Assembly (NCBI RefSeq): GCF_004010195.1
Contig: NC_057719.1
Span: 51,077,967-51,141,966, forward strand
From: Chiloscyllium plagiosum
Taxonomy: Eukaryota
DNA length: 64,000 nt
Reading direction: 5' to 3'
Shown: in pieces, positions 1 to 11,079 of the stretch
Numbering within the stretch: the stretch's first letter is position 1
How the letters are laid out: each line of letters starts with the position of its first letter
Made by a program: the position numbers and the translations under genes
Notes under the pieces: generated by a model
What the model was told of the DNA's origin: nothing
The model's input: only the letters and a program-made list of their open reading frames with translations
The model's database searches: none

Positions 1-598
1 GAAAGGTCAAATTTTAAAAAAATGATTGCATCCTCCTAGTCCTGTCTTCACAATCTTGCGATTTATATAAATCAGAATAAAATTTTCTAAAGATTGCGTT
101 AATCTTTTTATGATCATGAGTCAAAATACCCGTACTTTCCTTGATAGACATGATAGTTTGAGGGGCCTTTTTTTTCTTTGCAAGAAATGCTAAGTATCTA
201 CCCGGTTTGTCGCCAAATTCATATAACCTTTGTTTTGCAAATAATATTTCCCTCTTAGCCGTTTGGGTAAGCGTGGTGTTTAGAGCTGTCCTAAGGGCCG
301 TAATGCTTTGCAATTTGATAATAGAAGGTCTATCAGCGTATGCTGTTTCAGCTGCTTTTAAGCGAGCTTCGAGCAGACGCTGTTGTTCTCCCTTTAATTT
401 TTTCTGGGTCGCTAAGCAAGCTTTGATGGTCTCCCACATCATTAATGGGTTGCTAGCTGTACCTAAATTAATTTCTAAAAAAGTTTTAAATTCTTGAGAG
501 AAGTACTTTACAAATTTGCTATCTTTCATCAGGAAGGGATCCATACGCCAATACCGAGGGGATGTCCCATTGTTCCTCGCCTTGATTTCCATATATAC
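1..598 (-). mobile_element. L1-clade LINE ORF2 fragment (between endonuclease and RT), 5'-truncated, continuing off the window edge
   Basis: ORF 14..676(-) reads YWRMDPFLMKDSKFV...WETIKA...KQRLYEFGDKPGRYLA, paralleling the L1 ORF2 segment at about 19060-19560. Confidence 0.9.
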
Positions 599-1042
599 AG
601 CACCAGCACCCATCTTTGAAAGGCCACTATGCAACAGGACAGGCACTGGAAATCTGACATTGCCCATCACTGGCAACGTTATTGCATATCATCTACAAAG
701 CCACGTTGCCCATGACCCTTGGCTGACACTCCTCGCACATAAAATTCCACTGTCTCACCTTAGTCACTGTTTGATCACCACAGCATACATGTCACTTGAC
801 CCTGGCTAGAAGCTATTCAATAACCCTCCTTAATGCCCACTGTAGGTCTGCATCCTGTCATCCACCAGTAGCAGAACATCAAATGGACAAATAGGAACAC
901 AATCTCAGCTTTTATTTATAGAGTGAAACAGTGAACAGAAATTAACCCAATAAGTCACCTCTGCAATATCAACCAGATTTTGGAATCATGAATCAAAATG
1001 GAAGAGTCAATGATGGTCTGCTGCACTCAGCTTCATTTTATT

Positions 1043-1470
1043 TAGAGTCATAAAGTCGTAGAGATGTACAGTACGGAAATAGACCCTTTGGTCCAACTCA
1101 TCCATGCTGATCAGAAATCCTAAATTAATCTCGTCCCATTTGCCAGAACTTGTCCCATATCTAAATGCTTCCTATTCATGTACCATCCAGATGCCTTTTA
1201 AATGTTGTAATTGTACCAGTCTCCACCACTTCCTCTGGCAGCTCATTCCATACATGCACCACCCTTTGCATGAAAAAGTTGTCTGTTTTAAATCTTTCCC
1301 CCTCACCTTAAAACTGTGCCTTCTAGTTTTGGACTCCCCCAACCCAGGGAAAAGACCTTATCTATTCACCCTATCCATGCCCCTCATGATTTTATAAACC
1401 TCTATAGGTCACCCCTCGGCCTCCGACACTCCAGGGAAAACAATCCCAACCTATTCAGTCTCTCCCTATC
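1043..1470 (-). mobile_element. CR1-type LINE 3' fragment
   Basis: Begins with the reverse complement of the (TCTATGAC)n tail; similar to 49345-50101 and 57270-58383. Confidence 0.85.
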
Positions 1471-2779
1471 CTTGGAGTAAATTGCTGTCAGGTGTCTCAG
1501 TCACAGCTAAGTTTTATCATGGACAACATCAGTTTCTTCCAACCCAATGTCCTCATCCTCCTCTTCAGAAAACTATTCCCACTCCCCCAGTTCTTCTGCA
1601 TTCAGCACATTGTCTCTTTGCCTACTCCAAATGACACAGCACACTCCATCTGGACTTCGCTCCAACATGGCCCTTGTATGAGATTAAGTCCACAGTGTCT
1701 CAGTCAAATCAGGAACTAACTGCACTGGGCACATTTATTTTTGGTATAATTATGTTGTTGAATCCTGTTGTCAATTTTTACTTATTGCACTCTTCTCTAT
1801 ACTATAATCAGGTTTAATGAACACTTTTCTATATCACAATCAGGTTTTACACCACAAAACTCCAATCTAAATTGCATTTTGTAATTCTGTATTTAAACAA
1901 GGGTGTGAGAGTAAACATTGGTGTATTTTAACAAGTGATTAGGAGGGAAGAGAGCTGACTCAATGCATATTTTTAGTAGCATAACAATGCAGTTAGAGTA
2001 CAATAAAGTCACTTCCAAGATTGCTTTCTGAAAACAAAATGAGTAAATAAAGAGAGCTGTCAATGCTGTAACATATGGGAGCACTGACAGGCCACTATTT
2101 CAGCAACTTGATATTACCATTGTTCATGGATGATTGTGCATCGCAAGGTTCTGAACTAGAACAACAACATTTTGATGTTGACAGCTTGTGTCTGGTTCTA
2201 ACTGAATAGATTGAATTGCTAGACTGAGAACGTAAGATCTCAGAGATGGTAATCCCCTGAGTAAAATGGGAAAAATGTAACTCATTTGGATTCTTGTTTT
2301 TGGATCAATGTTTGCTGATTGATTTTCTTGTGCTGCATTTGGTCGAGTTTTAGTTCACTTTGCAATATCAGCTGCAGTGTGTAAAATGTTCATCAATATA
2401 TCAGCAGCTTTACAATGCACCTGTGAATACCTATTTGTATAAATATTTCTGTAAGTAAATCAATGTACAAAATTTAACTAAAACAAGAGATACAATTGTT
2501 TTGCTTTCCATTTCATAGTGAGCAAGTTAACCTTGATTTTTTTCAATTCCTCCCTCTTAATGCACTACTTTTTGAAGCTTTCCCAGGATTTTATCTCCCT
2601 TTTCCAAAAGGTGAAGATTCCTGTTGAAGTCAGTACATTTAGAAGAGGAAGAGAAGGAATAAGAACCTACAGTTTCAGTTTGATTTTGACTGAGTATTGG
2701 CAGGCAAGAGCCAGTGTGGAGAGTTGTCAAAAAATGTCATTCATGGAAGGTGGCTGTCACTGGGTGGACTAGCCTTAAA

Positions 2780-3580
2780 TGGCCATGGAGAAAGTGAGCT
2801 GACTTCATGAACTGCTGTAGTCCTTGGCATGTAGGAACTCCACAATGCTGTTAGGAAGGCACTACCAGGAATTTGACCCAATAACAATGAAGGAACATTG
2901 ATATAGTCCTAAGTTGGGTCGGTGATTCGCATAGATGAGAAATTGTAGGTGGTCCTTTTTTTATATTCACTCATAGAACGTGGACATCACTGGCTGGCCA
3001 GTATTTATTACAGGATCATAGAATTGCTATAGTGCAGCAGCAGGCCCATTGAGTCCACACTTTCCCTCCGAAGAGCATTCTATCCAGACCCATCCCCTCC
3101 AACCTTGTACCCTGTAGCCATATATTTCCAATGACCAATCCACCTAACTACACATCCCTGTGCAGTATGGGAAATTTAGCATGGCTTATCCACATTATCT
3201 AACTTTGCTTTGTGGGAGGAAACCGGAGCACCCGGAGAAAATCCACGCAGACAAGAGTAAAATATGCAAAATCCAACACAATCGCCCGAGGCTGGAATTG
3301 AACCCGGTCCTCTGCGCTGTGAGGCAGCAGTACTAACCACCGAGGCACCGTGCCACCCTATTGTCCACCTCTAGATACCCTTGAGAAGGTGCTGGTGAGT
3401 TGCCTTTTTGGCCTGCTGCACTCCACATACTGTAGGTTGACCCACAATGCACTTAGGGAGGGAAATCCAGAATTTTGATACAACATTGAAGGAACAGCGA
3501 TATATTTCCAAGTCAAGATGGTGGGTGGCTTCAAGGGAAACTTGCAGGTTGTGGTGGTCCCATATATCTGCTGTCCTTGT
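2780..3580 (-). mobile_element. 3' end fragments of an L2/CR1-group LINE, interrupted by an HE1 SINE
   Basis: Minus-strand peptide WISLPKCIVGQPTVCGVQQAKKATHQHLLKG; the tail at 2955-3010 resumes at 3359 after the SINE. Confidence 0.7.
3017..3358 (-). mobile_element. HE1-type tRNA-derived SINE
   Basis: Minus-strand head GGGTGGCACGGTGCCTCGGTGGTTAGTACTGCTGCCTCACAGCGC..CCGGGTTCAATTCC (A/B boxes), core GGTGCTCCGGTTTCCTCCCAC, CR1-like tail. Confidence 0.88.
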
Positions 3581-4074
3581 CAGGCACCTGCTCAGCTTTA
3601 TACATGAGATCCACACTTTACTGTAACCTCCACTTACAAATATACTTTTTCCCATTATCCTAATTGCCACCCCATCGTCCCTCCACCTTTCGATCCCCAA
3701 ACCTCTAGAATATGTTCCAAAGCCTCCCATGTCAGTACACGCCCATGGCCCTCCATACCCTCTTCTCCTATTTCTGTGGATGGAGCCAACAGACTGATAG
3801 TGGCTTTGAGTGACCGAATCAGGCAGCTCTTGATGAGAAGGGCCTAGGCCCCTGACTGATGCCTGTATATCTCCTTGACCACATTTGGCACCTATGCCCC
3901 GTCACCTCCACAACCACCACTTTCCTCTTGGCTGGCCATGTAGACTGAACCATGGATCCCCCGATATAGGATGCCACAACTGGACTGATATTAGAGGCTG
4001 CCCTTGACTAATTGTGCTGAGACCCTGATGAACTCCTCTAAGACTTTGAGACATGGCTGCTTCCACTTTGGCCA

Positions 4075-4720
4075 GAGCCAGTGTGAAGACTTGCAATTGG
4101 TAACTGCCTAAGGTGAGCAGCTACAAGATTTGCAAAATATCATTATCCAGAGATGGGCTGACAGTGTCAACAGCAGGATCTGAGATGTTTTGTGCATTTT
4201 GAGCAGAGAGACGAATCTGGTGTATCACCAAAAGTCATCTTCAAGGCAACAAGTTCTATCACCAAATATATAATGCAAATAAGTATTGGACTCAGAAGAC
4301 AGTGAGTACATGAATAGGGATACTGGCCAGAGAAAAATCAGGATATTCAACAATTTGTGAATGTCATGTCAAATATGTAAACCCCAGCAGCAGAAAGGAC
4401 CTCTACCTCCACACAATGTTCCATCCACCACTTGGACTAAAATAGCAATAGACCTACACAAATTGCACAGGGAAGATTACATCCTTGTTATGGATTACCT
4501 CTCTAAACTACCCACAAATTAACATCAGAACAAGTGAGACCATTGTTGACACGATGAGCATTATTTTCAACTTTTTTGGTGTCCTGGATCAGACAGTGTC
4601 TGACATAGACCACAGTTCACTGGCAAACCATTTCAAGACTCATGTACTAGGTTGGCAATGAACCTTATCACATTGTCATTCTACGAGCCACACTCAAATT
4701 GTGTAGTAGAACGTATTGTG
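4075..4720 (+). mobile_element. Ty3/Gypsy LTR-retrotransposon integrase relic, N-terminal part
   Basis: Manual translation across frameshifts: YWPEKNQDIQQFV; PLPPHNVPSTTWTKIAIDL..EDYILVMDY; FGVLDQTVSD..PQFTGKPF; YEPHSNCVVERIV (integrase core-like motifs). Confidence 0.8.
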
Positions 4721-5100
4721 CTGGTGCTAAGAGTCAGATCATTCCCCTGGCTGGAGTGGAAATTGGAATGTGAGGGGAAGGTTCCAGTTGTCATGGACCA
4801 CAGAGGTAGGACAAGGAAAGAGATTCTGCTGAGGGATTGCAAGCATTTTAGAGCTAAATTAAACAGCATTCCCACAAAGGTAAGAATTTTAGGACTGCTA
4901 CCTGAACTACATGCAAATTGGCATAGAATAAGTAAGATTAGAAAGGCAAATATGTGGCTCAAAGATTAGTGTGAGAGAAATTAATTCTGATACATGGGGC
5001 ACTGGCATCAGTACTGGGGAAAGAGAGAGGTGTCTTTTGGGACAGGCTAGAAACAGTGGCATGCCAAATTATATGAATAATGTTGTAAATAGGACTTTAA
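4721..5100 (+). mobile_element. CR1 LINE ORF1 esterase (SGNH-like) fragment
   Basis: EGKVPVV...LGLLPELHANWHRISKIRKANMWLKD followed by GHWHQYWGKRE; CR1 RT remnants continue at 5230-5447 and 6115-6147, with the tail at about 6450-6575. Confidence 0.75.
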
Positions 5101-5448
5101 CCTAATTAGTGGCAGGGATGGTTTAATTGAAGAGATTGAAACATATCAGATAAGCTGTTAGTCATAGGAAAGGTCTTGTAACAATGTTTATCATGAAGGA
5201 CAAAGTATTTTACAACTAATGGGTCAAATAGCAAACAAGCTACCAGGGCCAGATGGCTTGTATCCAAAGATTTTAAAGAAAGTGGCTGCAGAGATAATGG
5301 AGACAACGGTTGAAGTATTCCAGAAACTCACTTGACTTTCTGAGAGTTCCAGTGGATTGGAAAACTGATAGTATGATACTTTTTTCAAACAGGAAGGAGG
5401 AAACTATGGATAAGTTAGCCTAACATTTATTGTTGGGAAAATACAAGT

Positions 5449-5638
5449 ACCTCTCTCTTTCCCCAGTACTGATGCCAGTGCCCCATGTATCAGAATTAAT
5501 TTCTCTCACACTAATCTTTGAGCCACATATTTGCCTTTCTAATCTTACTTATTCTATGCCAATTTGCATGTAGTTCAGGTAGCAGTCCTAAAATACTTAC
5601 CTTTGTGGGAATGCTGTTTAATTTAGCCCTAAAATGCT
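5449..5638 (-). repeat. 190-bp inverted copy of 4842-5031
   Basis: Direct reverse-complement comparison; 2 mismatches seen. Confidence 0.95.
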
Positions 5639-6113
5639 GCGCTTTTCCAGCAACACATTTCAGCAAACTTGCGCCCACACCTCCCCCCTTATTTCCCTCC
5701 AAGGCCCCAAGGGACACTTCCATATCCGCCACAAATTCACCTGCACCTCCACACACATCATCTATTGCATCCGCTGCACCCGATGTGGCCTCCTCTATAT
5801 TGGGGAGACAGGCCGCCTACTTGCGGAACGTTTCAGAGAACACCTCTGGGACACCCGGACCAACCAACCAAACCATCCCGTAGCCCAACACTTTAANNNN
5901 NNNNNNNNNNNNNNNNNNNNNNNNNCCTTGACCTCCCTCCACCTATCGCATTTCCAACGCCCCTTCCCCAAGTCCCTCCTCCCTACCTTTTATCTTAGCC
6001 TGCTGGACACACTTTCCTCATTCCTGAAGAAGGGCTTATGCCCGAAACGTCGATTCTCCTGTTCCTTGGATGCTGCCTGACCTGCTGCGCTTTTCCAGCA
6101 ACACATTTTCAGC
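5635..6113 (+). mobile_element. Penelope-like element 3' fragment (GIY-YIG endonuclease plus pseudo-LTR), spans an N gap
   Basis: FTCTSTHIIYCIRCTRCGLLYIGETGRLLAERFREHL; TGCTGCGCTTTTCCAGCAACACATTT occurs at both ends. Confidence 0.9.
6021..6053 (+). ncRNA. Minimal type I hammerhead ribozyme motif in the Penelope pseudo-LTR
   Basis: CUGAAGA-A-GGGC(UUAU)GCCC-GAAACGUC. Confidence 0.7.
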
Positions 6114-6147
6114 CAAAATGCAAGAGTCTATTGTGAAGGAAGGAGTT

Positions 6148-6445
6148 AGATTCATTGAATCATGGAGGTTTACAGCATGGAAACAGACTCTTCAATCTAA
6201 TTCGTCCATGCCAAACAGATATCCTAAATTAATCTAGTCCCATTTGCCAGCACTTGGCTCGTATCCCTCTAAACTCTTCCTATTCATGTACCCATGCAGA
6301 TGCCTTTTAAATGTTGTAATTGTCCCATCCTCCACCATTTCCTCTGGCAGCTCATTCTATACATGCACTACTCTCTGTGTGAAAAAGTTGCCCTTTAGGT
6401 CCCTTTTAAATCTTTCCCCTCTCACCCTAAACTTAAACCCTGTAG
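6148..6445 (-). mobile_element. CR1-type LINE 3' fragment
   Basis: FRVRGERFKRDLKGNFFTQRVVHV plus tail. Confidence 0.85.
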
Positions 6446-6579
6446 TTGAGAGATATGAAGATGTGGCAAGAAAGTAAAGTTGACATCTGGCACAGATCAT
6501 CCATAATCTTATGGAATGGCAGGTCAAGCTTGAGGGGACAAATGTCTTAATACTGCTCATATTTCTTCTGTTCTACCAA

Positions 6580-7000
6580 ATCAATGATCAAGAAGTGCCA
6601 AACATCAAAACAAGATGTTTGCATTACAATGCTTCATTTTTCGGCAATGCAAATGGAACAGGAATTACCACCACTCTTTATGTTCAGCAGGCAAGAGCAA
6701 TCAACCTTGCTGAGCAATGAAGTGTCTAACTATTCTGAGGCACAGGACATTCTTCTTCAAAGACTGAGGAAAATGAAAGACATACACAACAAGCAAGCAG
6801 GTGAAGGACTACTACAACCTCACACTGGGTAGGGAGCATACGTTAGAAATAGAAATACAACTACTTAGATACCAAAAAGAAAGGTTTCTAAAATACACAA
6901 CTAACCCCAGGCTTATACTGATCTGATCATGGTACTTCATTGTGGAGGAATAGAAGCCAAATCTGACCATGTACAGCACATCAATCACGCACAAAGAGAG
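6580..7000 (+). mobile_element. Gypsy integrase relic, C-terminal continuation
   Basis: MIKKCQTSKQDVCITMLHF...FMFSRQEQSTLL...LQRLRKMKDIHNKQAG...HTG fits the region following the catalytic E of Gypsy integrases. Confidence 0.65.
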
Positions 7001-7085
7001 TGAGGAGGAGCACTCGGATAATGCTGATTGCGATAATGTTGAGTACAGCGACCAGCAGTATGATAACCAAGTTGTCAAAAAAGGT

Positions 7086-7214
7086 CATGATTTGGAGATG
7101 CTGGTGTTGGACTGGGGTGTACAAAGTTAAAAATCACACAACACCAGGTTATAGTCCAACAGGTTTAATTGGAAGCACTAGCTTTCGGAGCGACGCTCCT
7201 TCATCAGGTGGTTG
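7086..7214 (-). mobile_element. Short Penelope-derived insert with hammerhead motif
   Basis: Same family as 42994-43162; flanked by imperfect TSD TGTCAAAAA(A/G)GGT. Confidence 0.75.
7176..7210 (-). ncRNA. Minimal type I hammerhead ribozyme motif with intact core
   Basis: CAC-CUGAUGA-A-GGAGCGUCGCUCC-GAAA-GC-UA-GUG: stem I CAC/GUG, stem II hairpin, palindromic AGCU in place of stem III. Confidence 0.78.
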
Positions 7215-7444
7215 TGTCAAAAAGGGTGACAAAGAACAATGAGAACAATGCATACCTCTCCAGATGAGTATACCACTACCACATCAGCCCAGTTTTCAAA
7301 CTACCAATGTATTGCATAGAAGTTTAAAATCTTGATCTTGTAAACTCTTACCTGCTTGGACAATTATCAAATTAATAAAACTTGGCTATGTTTAACCATG
7401 TATACCTGTTTGGGATAAGATTTTAATTTTGGAAAAGAATGGGA

Positions 7445-7699
7445 TGTTATTTCTCACTGTCACATATCATCACTGTATCATAACCTCTGACCTTCAAAGT
7501 ATGATGGTCTCACACACCATATTACCTCAGATCACTTGAAGCATGGCACTATTAGAAGCATGCTCCTATGTTATAACTCAGCCTAATTTTCACTCAGATA
7601 TTTATGTGCTAATGGGATATAATATTTGATCATAATATTTAGCTATAATAAATGTCTGTTGGATTCTTCAATATCTTGGTATCCATACCCAGTATTACA
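7445..7699 (+). mobile_element. Candidate 3' LTR of the Gypsy relic
   Basis: Purine-rich GGAAAAGAATGGGA immediately before TGTTAT; ends ATTACA; internal AATAAA near 7647. Confidence 0.55.
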
Positions 7700-9040
7700 T
7701 ACTATGGGAGATAAGCAATTCCTAAGAAATTATTGCTCGTCTTTGTCTTAATTTTCAAACTGCTCCCCCTATTTCTGGAAACATGTCACCTCAGTATTTA
7801 GCTTGTCAAACAGCCATCCTTAAATAAGAAGACCAAAGTTTTGCACAGTATTCCAGATGTCATCACTCCAATGTCCTGGGTAGTTGAAACAAGATTACCC
7901 ACTTTTATATACCATACTTGGGGGAGGCAATGGCCTAATGGTATTATCGCTAATGTATTAATCCAGAGACCCAGGTAATATTCTGAGGAATAGGGTTTCA
8001 ATCCCACCAAAGCTGTAAGTAGAATTTGAATTCAATACAGATCTGCAATTAAAAGTCTAATGATAACCATGAAACCATTGTCAACTGATTAAAAAAAAGC
8101 AATCTGTTTCACTAATGTTCTTTAGGGAAGGAAACTTCTGTTCATATCTGGTCTGGCCTACTTGTGACTCCAGACCCATAGGAAGGCGGTTGACACTTAA
8201 TTGCCTTCTGGGTAATTAGAGATGGGCAATAAATACTAGCATAGCTTAGCTAGTGAAGCACATGATTGGATATATATATATATATATAAAACTCTGCCCA
8301 ATAAAGATCAGTATTTCTTTGTCTTCCTAATGACTTGCTGTACCTGTATGCTAACCTTTTGTGATCCATATACAAGGACACCCAAATGCTTCTCACTGCA
8401 ACATTCTGCACTTGCTCCACTTAAGCAATATTTTGCTTTCTATTCGTTCTGCTAAAATATCTCATATTTTCCCATATCATACTACATCTGCCAAATGTTT
8501 GACAAATTATTTAACTATCATTATCCCTTTTCCAGACTCTTTGTGTTCTCCTCACAGTTTGATTTCCAACTTGTCAGTTTTTGATCAGCAAATTCAGCTA
8601 CAATGCTTTTTGTCCCTTCATCCAAGTCATTAATATAAACCACAAATAGTTCAGGTTCCAGTACTGATCCCTATGATATTCCACTGGTTATAGGTTCCCA
8701 CATGAAAATTACCCAATCTCTCTGACCCTGTGTTTCTGGTTAGTTAGCCAATCCGATATTTATGTTAATACACACCCCTATAAGTCATGAGCTATTAAGT
8801 GCATTACCTTACCAAATCCCTTTTAAAAACACAAATACATACATACTCCTTGTTGACACTGCTTGTTTTCCTCTGCATTTCTATGTTTTGAATGCTATTT
8901 GTATCTTCTTCTGTGAAACAGGGACAATATACTTGTTCAAAGTCTTTGCCATTTCCTTGCACACCATTACTAATTTTCCAGTGTCATCTTCTAAGGGACT
9001 AATACTTACTAAAGCTACTCTTTTCCCTAATCAATATATT
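7700..9040 (-). mobile_element. Old CR1 LINE RT fragments interrupted by a SINE
   Basis: Reverse complement of CR1 motifs, e.g. CCAAGTCATTAATATA (YINDL) and CAGTACTGATCC (GSVL). Confidence 0.65.
7920..8270 (+). mobile_element. tRNA-headed SINE with an L2/CR1-group LINE tail, followed by (TA)n
   Basis: TGGCCTAATGG (A-box-like), GGTTTCAATCCC (B-box-like); ends GATGGGCAATAAATACTAGC; further copies on the minus strand. Confidence 0.78.
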
Positions 9041-11079
9041 TGCATAGGATTTTATGGGTTTCCTTTGATATTATATTTTATTAATTTTGTATGTTGGTGG
9101 GCCATTACGATAGTATTGATTGCTGAACTTAAAATACATTATGGTTGTTGACTTGCCACTGTGGCTTCAACTTTACATCCATTCACAAGAAATGCATCAA
9201 TAGTATGAATTTTTTTGCTGTCAAGGTGTTTAATTGTTGTAGAGGCAACAATTAATTCAAGACCCTCTCTGGTGGTTGTTCTTTGGCATAAACCTACTCG
9301 TGCTCTTCACTGTGGCAGCTTTCAACCAGCATGTCAGTGATTTGTTATTGGGCTGCAATCTATATGACATGAAATTTATTCCCTTTATCCTGAACTTAAT
9401 TCTTACTTTGAACTGGTCTTTGAGAACATTCTTGATCTTTTCTGGATCTTTTGGAACATTCATGGAACAACCACGCGTTAATTCTGTGAAGTCCCTTCTT
9501 GAAAACAGCAAGCAAGACTTTTAGAGCTATTTTCATAGGAGCATTTATTGCTCGATTTGTTAAATACAATTACATTCCTTGTTTGAACAACTGTAATTCA
9601 GTAGTAGTGCCTCTTGATGATCAGTCCATAATAAGGTTTCTGCTATCCAAAAATCCATCTTAAAAACGTTGGAGTGTACCATCTTAAATCTTTGTTTCAG
9701 TATAGATACATAACTTGGCAGTACTGTTAAGGGAAACTATTGATTGTGATGTATTGATTGCTAGGAACAGAGTGTTTTCACCTTCAGCTTCTGTATTGTA
9801 CTGCACTCGCTTAATGTTCCAACTCAAAAACATACATCAACCTTTTATTTATAACTAAGATAATCTTATAAACTTATTTTACCTTGAAGGAATTTACATT
9901 CTAATCAGAAATAAATTGGCTCTGTTTTTGTGGTGGTTATTGTCCTATTTATGGACCTATACAGATATCTGTACTCACACTAACTGATACTGTTTAAGAA
10001 TGAGGAATTCGCTCTAACTATTTTGCACACAAGTTTTATTTAATGTCCATACATACAGAATTCTCAGTAAGTGTTACTTGACAATAATCGAAAGTGGGAA
10101 CAATGCTTCCTTTCTTTTTCTTCCTCTTTTCTAAACTGGAGATACTAAGGCCATTTGGAGTACTTCTACTGTTGATCAGTTGACTAGCGATGTCATTACA
10201 GATTTGAACTGAAACTTGGGTGGAGGGGGCAGGGATAACTCTTTGTGTTTTAATGATATAACATTATTTATAGAAACTAATGGACTTGACAAAACTCTAT
10301 CAAAACTGAGAAGTTGGAGTGAGAAACGGTAGTTTTTCGCAGTTGTATAATGCAGATACTGAAACAAAATAAATGTTTTGACCTTTACACTTAAATTGTG
10401 GTTCAGGATTGGATAATGTGAAATGCCAAAACTGAAATGTACCATTTCAGTCAGGAGGTGTAAAGTATATTAATATTGAATGTTATTTTACACAAGGCCT
10501 CAGGTGGTGGTCAAAGCACAGATTTCTTTCTTAAGATTAAATCTTGTGAATTGCCATTGGACTTGTGCACAAAATGTGCGTGCACATGAATGTAACACTG
10601 TAAGAATTGAGTGACATTGCACCAAAACATTAAACATATCTGGCACAAACAGATATTCTATTTTCCTGTGGTTCTTAAATTATGTGCACTGTACATACCA
10701 ATAATAGAGATACTATAAATCTGCTGTATCTACAAGAATGTCCTATCATTTATGTCTTTGAATGATTGAAGAATTAGAATGATGTTATTTATGTAGGCAT
10801 GTAGCCTGAGATTACAACATAGGGTGGAATTCCCTCTCCATGATCTGGTGTGAGCAGTCGTGAGAAAGATGGGAAAATATGATGATAATGAAAAAAAGTC
10901 AGGTTCTCAACATCAAGAAATATTTTCCCAATATTCCCTGTAAGCCATAAATGGCCATTACAGAATCTCACAATTGAGCTGCAATGACCTTATTTCTATG
11001 CATTTGCAATTCCTTAAAACCAAATATTTTATTTCAATGCAAATTTACATCTTTTCTCCTCCATTGAGAAACTAAATCA

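Noticed and set aside
3290..3358. tRNA-like A/B boxes (also at 27400-27472, 41180-41250, 7920-8010)
   Set aside because: They are SINE heads, not tRNA genes
4020..4055. CTGATGA as a possible hammerhead core or box D
   Set aside because: No stem II followed by GAAA, and no matching box C or terminal stem
8270..8287. (TA)n run, and a (CA)n run near 28540-28557
   Set aside because: Ordinary short microsatellites
9276..9524. Hydrophobic 82-aa ORF resembling a membrane protein
   Set aside because: No ATG start, no recognisable motif; T-rich composition explains the hydrophobicity
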